Source: Callorhinchus milii
Taxonomy: Eukaryota
Assembly (NCBI RefSeq): GCF_018977255.1
Contig: NW_024704742.1
Coordinates: 8,248,001 to 8,312,000, forward strand
DNA length: 64,000 nucleotides
Direction of reading: 5' to 3'
A model generated the notes under the pieces. That model was not told the DNA's origin, made no database searches, and saw nothing but the letters and a program-made list of their open reading frames with translations. Positions 58,660 through 64,000 of this stretch are shown here, piece by piece. How positions within the stretch are numbered: position 1 is the first letter of the stretch; each line of letters begins with the position of its first letter. Both the position numbers and the translations under genes were made by a program.

Positions 58660-58920
58660 GGCGGCGCCTCAGCCTCAGCCCCAACTGTCATCGCGCCTCG
58701 TGCCAGAGCCTCCCCCACCCACACAGACCTACCGCGCGTGCGCAGTCCCTCCCCCACATCGCGCGCGCGCGCAGTTCCCCCCACACGCACACACGCCGCG
58801 CGTGCGCAGTTCCCTCCCCACCCACACAGCGCGTGCGCAGTTCCCTCCCTCCCCCTCACCCACACACAGTCCGGCGGCCTGAGCCGCTGTCCTCCCTCTC
58901 GCCGATCCCCTCCCACTCCC
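58430..58920 (-). promoter_or_regulatory. CpG-island promoter/first exon of the ADAM gene with four NRF1-like GCGC motifs
   Basis: CpG-dense. TGCGCACGCGC-type motifs (minus strand) near 58733, 58762, 58797 and 58828, just upstream of the ATG. Confidence 0.65.
58497..58659 (-). CDS. ADAM15: ADAM15-like exon 1 (signal peptide [19 protein letters not shown]...)
   Basis: GCCGCC-ATG Kozak context inside a CpG island, hydrophobic N-terminus, donor G/gtaatc, phase 1 matching the next exon. Confidence 0.8.
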
Positions 58921-59319
58921 TGAGCCCCTCTCCCTCTCCCTCTCCCACAGCAACAACACAATTACACGTGTAAAGCGTCTTTCACGTTGTGAGGACGTCC
59001 CACGGCGCTGGACAGACAGAGCTTCGGACCCGAGCTGAGGGTCGGGGTGTGAGGGAGGGAAGGCACAGTCAGGTGGGTCTTTTGTTGGGGCTCGAAGGAG
59101 ACACATCTAATAATAATCCCTCCAAAACCCAAAACAATAATAAATTGGTCATTTTCAATCTACGACTGTTTGTGGGACATTGCTGTGCGCAATTGGCTGC
59201 CGCGTTCACCCACAAATATACAGTCAATTCACTTTACAGTGTGTTCTGTGAAGCGCTTTGGGACATCCTCTCGACGTGAAAAGCGCTTTATCAAATGCAA
59301 GGATTATTATTATTATTAA

Positions 59320-60500
59320 GGGGTGGGGACGAGGCGGAGGCACTGCAGGATGGAGTTCCAGAGGGTGGGGGCAGAGTGGCTGACGGCCCGCCCGCCAGTG
59401 GTGGGGGTCGAGGCGGGGCCAGAGCCCACTGAGCGGAGAGGTTGGTTGGGGGTTAGGAGGTCGGAGAGGTAGGGGGGAGCAAGATCATGGAGGGCTTTGA
59501 AGGTGAGGACCAGGATCTTGAACTGTATCCTCTGTGTGATGGGAAGCCGGTGGAGTCGGGTGAGGATGGGGGGTCATAGGGTCCCGGAGTCTGGTGCGGG
59601 AGAGGACACGGGCTGCAGAGCTCTGGATGATCTGTAGGGCTGTGGAGGGAGGAGTTGGGAAGCCGACAAGCAGTGAGTTTGCATAGTCGAGCCTCGATGT
59701 TATGAATATATGAGGGTCTCGGCAGCCTACGGTGTGAGACAGAGGTGGAGCCAGGCGATGTTGCGGAGATGGGGGAAGGCAGAATAGCTCTAATCCTAAC
59801 CCTAACCCTAATTGGCACGGATGTGGGGAATAAAGGACAGTTGAGGGTCAAACAAGACCCCAAGGTTCCGGACTGGTTTAGCAGGGTGGAGTGTGCAACC
59901 ATTGATGGTGATGTGGTCGGTGCCTGAGGTGAGGAGGCGCTGACGGGAGCCAATCAGCAGGGCTTCGGTCTTACTGATGTTCAACTGAAGAATGTTAGCT
60001 CTCATCTAGGACTTGAGTTCTGACAGACATTCTGTCAGGATAGCAGTGGTCCTGGAGTCAAGGGTGGTGGCAGAGAGGTACAGTTGGGTGTCATTCACAT
60101 ACATGTGGAAGTTGACCCTATGTCTGCGAATGATGTCACCATGATGGAGCATAGAGATATTGAAGAGGAGGGGACCAAGGACAGAGCCCTGAAGAAAGCC
60201 GCACAAGACGGTGCATGGACTAGAGGAGAAGCCATTTGTGGAGATGAAGTGGAAGCGATGTGAGAGGTACGATCTGAACCAGTCAAGAGCCGTGAAGTTT
60301 GAAGTGAGAGGAGAGGCAGTGGATGAGGATAGAGTGGTCGACGGTGTCGAAAGCAGCAGAGAGGTCAACATGGATAAAATATCATTTGTCACTTTGATCA
60401 AAGCTATTTCTGTGCTGTGGGAGCCATGGAAACCCAATTGACGGGGTTTGTGAAGGGAGTGGCGGGAGAGGAAGCAACGACTTGTTCCAAGACCTTGGTA
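59320..60500 (-). mobile_element. Decayed L2 fragment
   Basis: [17 protein letters not shown] and VRNLGVLFD motifs. Confidence 0.82.
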
Positions 60501-60909
60501 ACAAAACAATTCTGATTACCCACGTCTCCTCTCATTTGCCCATTCTCCCCTCCCCCACCACCTCGGGAACCCCCACCTTCCTTCCCCCACGCTACCCCTT
60601 GATTAGCCCCCTCTCCCCTCATTTGCCCTGGACTGCCCTAATCTCTCACGTTGTCTGAGATGATGAGGATGTGAAGTTTGGTGCTGGCAGACCAGTGAGG
60701 AGTGCATTGGGGCAGGAAGTAATGAAAGCATGGAAGAGTGTTTCGGCTGCATCAAAGGTAAGGTATGATGGGGGCTGGCAATGTGATGAAGGTGGAGATA
60801 AGTGGTCCTGGTCAGGGTCCAGATGTGGGGAAGTAGGACAGCAGTGGGTCGAACCTGATGCCTAGGTTACACACAAATTCAGTAAGTGTGAGGGAAGCTA
60901 CTAGGAGAT

Positions 60910-61865
60910 TCATAGAATCATAGAATTATACTGCACAGAAGGAGGCCATTCGGCCACTCGTGTCTTTGAAAAGAGCTTCCAAATCAATCCCACTCCCCCG
61001 CGCTCTCCCCATAGACCTGCAAACTTGTCCTCCCCAAATAATTATCTACTTCTCTCTTAAAAGTGTTATCCCAATCGGCTTCCACCACCCTTTCCAGCAA
61101 AGCATTCCAGATCCGAACACATCACTGTGTGAAAAAATTTCGCCTCACTTCCGTTTCTTTTAACAACTATTTTAAATCCATGTCCTCGGGTTACCGATGC
61201 AGCCACCAATGGAAATAGTTTCTCCTTGCTCACCCCATCAAATCCCCTCATAATTTTGAAAACTTCTATTAAGTCTCCTCTTAACCTCCTCTGCTCCAAG
61301 GAGAATAATCCCAGCTTCTCCAGCCTCTCCTGATAACTGAAATCCCTCATTCCTGGTACCATCCTGGTCAATCTCCTTTACACCCTCTCCAATGTCTTGA
61401 CATCCTTCCTAAAGTGTGGGGCCCAGAACTGAACACAGTCTCGAGCTGAGGCCTAACCAGTGTTTTATAAAGGTTCAACCATATCCCGTATGCTCCTTTA
61501 ACAGCTTTATCTACCTGTCCTGCCACCTTCAAAGATTTACTTATATGAATCCCAGGTCTCACTGTTCCTTCCCCTTTAAGATTGTACCATCAGCTTATAT
61601 TGCCTCTCCTCATTCTTCCTCCCCAAATACATCACTTTGCATTTCTCCACATTAAACTTCATCTGCAATATATCTGCCCATTTTACCAGTCTGTCTATGT
61701 CCTCTTACAGTCTGTTACTATCCTCCTCACTGTTTACTACTTTTCCTAACATAGTATCATCTGCAAACTTGGAAATTGTACTTCCTATACCCAAGTGGAG
61801 TTCATTTATATAGATCAAAAACAGCTGACCCTGGGGGACACCACTGCACACTTCCCTCCGGTCAG
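60910..61865 (-). mobile_element. CR1 3' fragment
   Basis: [25 protein letters not shown], catagaatcatagaat tail. Confidence 0.85.
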
Positions 61866-62069
61866 CTTGTGAAGGGAAGAGTTGGGAAGGTCATGTTGGT
61901 TAGTGACGTGTTTGTTCTTGTTGCCACTTTGTGGCAGTGTCCAGGCTGAAGTTGGTATCCACCACGACCATAAGGTACCGATAAGAATCAACAATTAGGA
62001 TTGATGCCCCTTTTAACCATAAAAAAAATTCACTGTGGGCACTAATAATTGTCAGGGTTACATATAACC

Positions 62070-62075
62070 TTTATT
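62070..62075 (-). terminator. Candidate ATG12 polyadenylation signal AATAAA
   Basis: AATAAA on the minus strand in non-repeat sequence about 0.9 kb downstream of the ATG12 stop. Confidence 0.35.
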
Positions 62076-62995
62076 TCAGCCTCCAAACTCCAAGCAAGTG
62101 ATGGGATTGTGGTGAGTTGAAGCTCATCTTAAAATATATAATCCTTGCATTTGATATAGCGCCTTATCATCTCTTCGAGACGTCTCAAAGTGCTTCACAG
62201 AATATACTGTAAAGTGAACTGACTGTATATTTTGTGGGCAAATGCGGCAGCCAACTGCGCATAGCAGTGTCACACAGTTGTGGATTGAGTGACCAAATTA
62301 TTATTTTTCTTTTTAATTTTTTTGAAGGGATTATTACCCCAGGAAAAGTGATCTGCCAATCAACTAACAACTGGATTCCTACTTTGCTAGGTGAATAGAG
62401 GTATGTGGAGTTAGGAAACTTGCCTAAGGTTTTGCCGTCTTTCCCCACATTCAGGGCATGTTGTGTTCAGATCAGAAACAGGGGTCAATCTGACTAAACC
62501 AGCTCACAGAATCCTTGAGCCATGTTGGGGAGGGGGAGGCAGTGGACAATTATCCAATGTGGGACTCTAACTGATTTTCCATCCTGCCCAAAACCAAGGC
62601 AAACTAAGGCTCCTACCTGGCTGAGGTTAATAACCAACACACCAGGGTTCCACTAACTTTGTGTGGCTTTGTGCTGCACCTGGTACATCCCACTCTGTGT
62701 GACTGAGTATTGGGTATGGATGCAGTCTGACTGGTGGATGGAGTTACGCAGAGTGAGAGGGACTTGGAGAAACATCAGTACAGATACAAGCAGACACCGT
62801 GAGCTGGCCGAGAGGGAACTGGACATTCATCAGTAGAGGTGAAGTCAGACCCAACAGTGCGCTGTCTGGGAGGAGATACTGAGCCTGACAGTATGAGAAA
62901 CTGAAGAGAACGATGCTGCAAGTGAGAGGTTTCATCTTTAGCAAGAGTTCTGTTGAAGAGTCCTTGGTTTTGCTCAGCCTTGAATTGCAGGATGG

Positions 62996-63055
62996 TCAGC
63001 CCCACGCCTGTGACTTGCAGTAATGTAACACCAGCTTTCCATCGCTTCCGAAACA
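62996..63055 (-). CDS. ATG12: ATG12 (ubiquitin-like autophagy protein), last coding exon CFGSDGKLVLHYCKSQAWG*
   Basis: Peptide matches the recalled vertebrate ATG12 C-terminus with its terminal Gly. Strong acceptor with ctctaac branch point and pyrimidine tract. Upstream exons lie beyond the window. Confidence 0.93.
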   Translation of the reverse strand, partial: CFGSDGKLVLHYCKSQAWG

Positions 63056-63096
63056 CTGGGAGAGAGAACGAGGTTAGAGCTTCCAACATCAGACTC

Positions 63097-63630
63097 ATAG
63101 AATTTTACAGTACAGAAAGAGGCCATTTGCCCACTGTGCCTGGGCCGGCTCTTTGGAAGAGCTATCCAACTAGTCCCAGACTCCCCCTTTTACTCCAAAG
63201 CTCTGCAAATTTTTCATTTTCAAATTCCCTTTTGAAAGCTATTATCGATTCTGCTTGCACCACCCTTTCAGGTAGTGCATTCCAGACCGTAACAACTCTC
63301 TGGATAAAAGTATATCTCCTCATCTCCCCTCTGGTTCTTTTGTCATATTATCTTCAATCTATGTGCCCTGGTTACTGACCCACTGGCCGGAGGAAACAGT
63401 TCCTCTCGATCTACTCTATCAAAACCCCCATGATTGTGAACACCTTTATTAAATTTCCTCTTAACCTTCTCTGCTTTAAGGAGAATAATCCAATCTTCTC
63501 TAGTCTCTCCATACAAGTGTAGTCCCTCATCTCTGGTATCATTCTTGAAAATCTTCTCTGCACCCTCTCCAAGGTCCTTTCTGAAGTGTGGTGCCCAGAT
63601 TTGGACACAATACTCCAGCTGAGGCCTAAC
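63097..63630 (-). mobile_element. CR1 3' fragment in ATG12 intron
   Basis: RPQLEYCVQIWAPH…LERVQRRF. Confidence 0.8.
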
Positions 63631-63669
63631 ATCACACAGACAAATCCGAAACCCAAGCACATTATATTA

Positions 63670-63945
63670 CAATAAGAAGAAGTCCTGCATTTTATTTCAA
63701 CATGAAAATGTTTCAAAGAGCATTGGGGAGAGTTACTGTTGTGTAGTAATTGCATCACTAGGCAAACGTTACAGCAATTTTGCACACAACAATGTCCCCT
63801 TCAAAGAGGCATGCATTGAATAACCAAGTTATCTGGGGGATTGCTTCCCACACACTGGGAAAAATTCTCATCTCTTTCCCACAATGTCGCAGGAATGCCA
63901 ACATGAGCAGGTGCAGATCTGCTCACCTGAAAGACAGCAACTCCG
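63670..63945 (-). mobile_element. Old diverged Deu-type SINE remnant
   Basis: Reverse strand gggacattgttgtgtgcaaaattgctg core plus a degenerate L2-type tail. Confidence 0.45.
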
Positions 63946-64000
63946 TAATAATAATTCCTGCATTTGATATAGTGCCTTATCACGTCTTCAAGGCATCTCA

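Noticed and set aside
62775..63098. 107-aa ORF from the ORF track
   Set aside because: Wrong frame. The recognisable product is the 19-aa ATG12 C-terminus in another frame, and the rest is 3' UTR and intron.

Overview
Eukaryotic genomic DNA, most likely from a cartilaginous fish (inferred from the L2/CR1 LINE plus tRNA-head Deu-type SINE content). It has one 25-N gap at 1343-1367. The minus strand carries a multi-exon ADAM metalloprotease gene most similar to ADAM15. I reconstructed it by hand as 25 GT-AG exons in a continuous frame from ATG 58659 to 6898 (2711 nt, about 903 aa); the cytoplasmic tail and stop were not located. It has an intact [12 protein letters not shown] zinc motif, an atypical active-site edge strand (TEQPA for T-x-G-x-A), and a predicted 135-aa Ser/Thr-rich stalk of six small symmetric phase-1 exons between the EGF-like and TM exons. 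Four stalk exons lie between two highly similar inverted CR1 copies. The last coding exon of ATG12 lies about 4.3 kb upstream on the same strand. The introns hold an apparently full-length, intact single-ORF L2 LINE (8375-12093), a SINE family sharing its tail, CR1 and L2 fragments, an unclassified poly(A)-ended structured repeat, a probable Helitron fragment and several minisatellites. All calls come from manual reading, with no database search.
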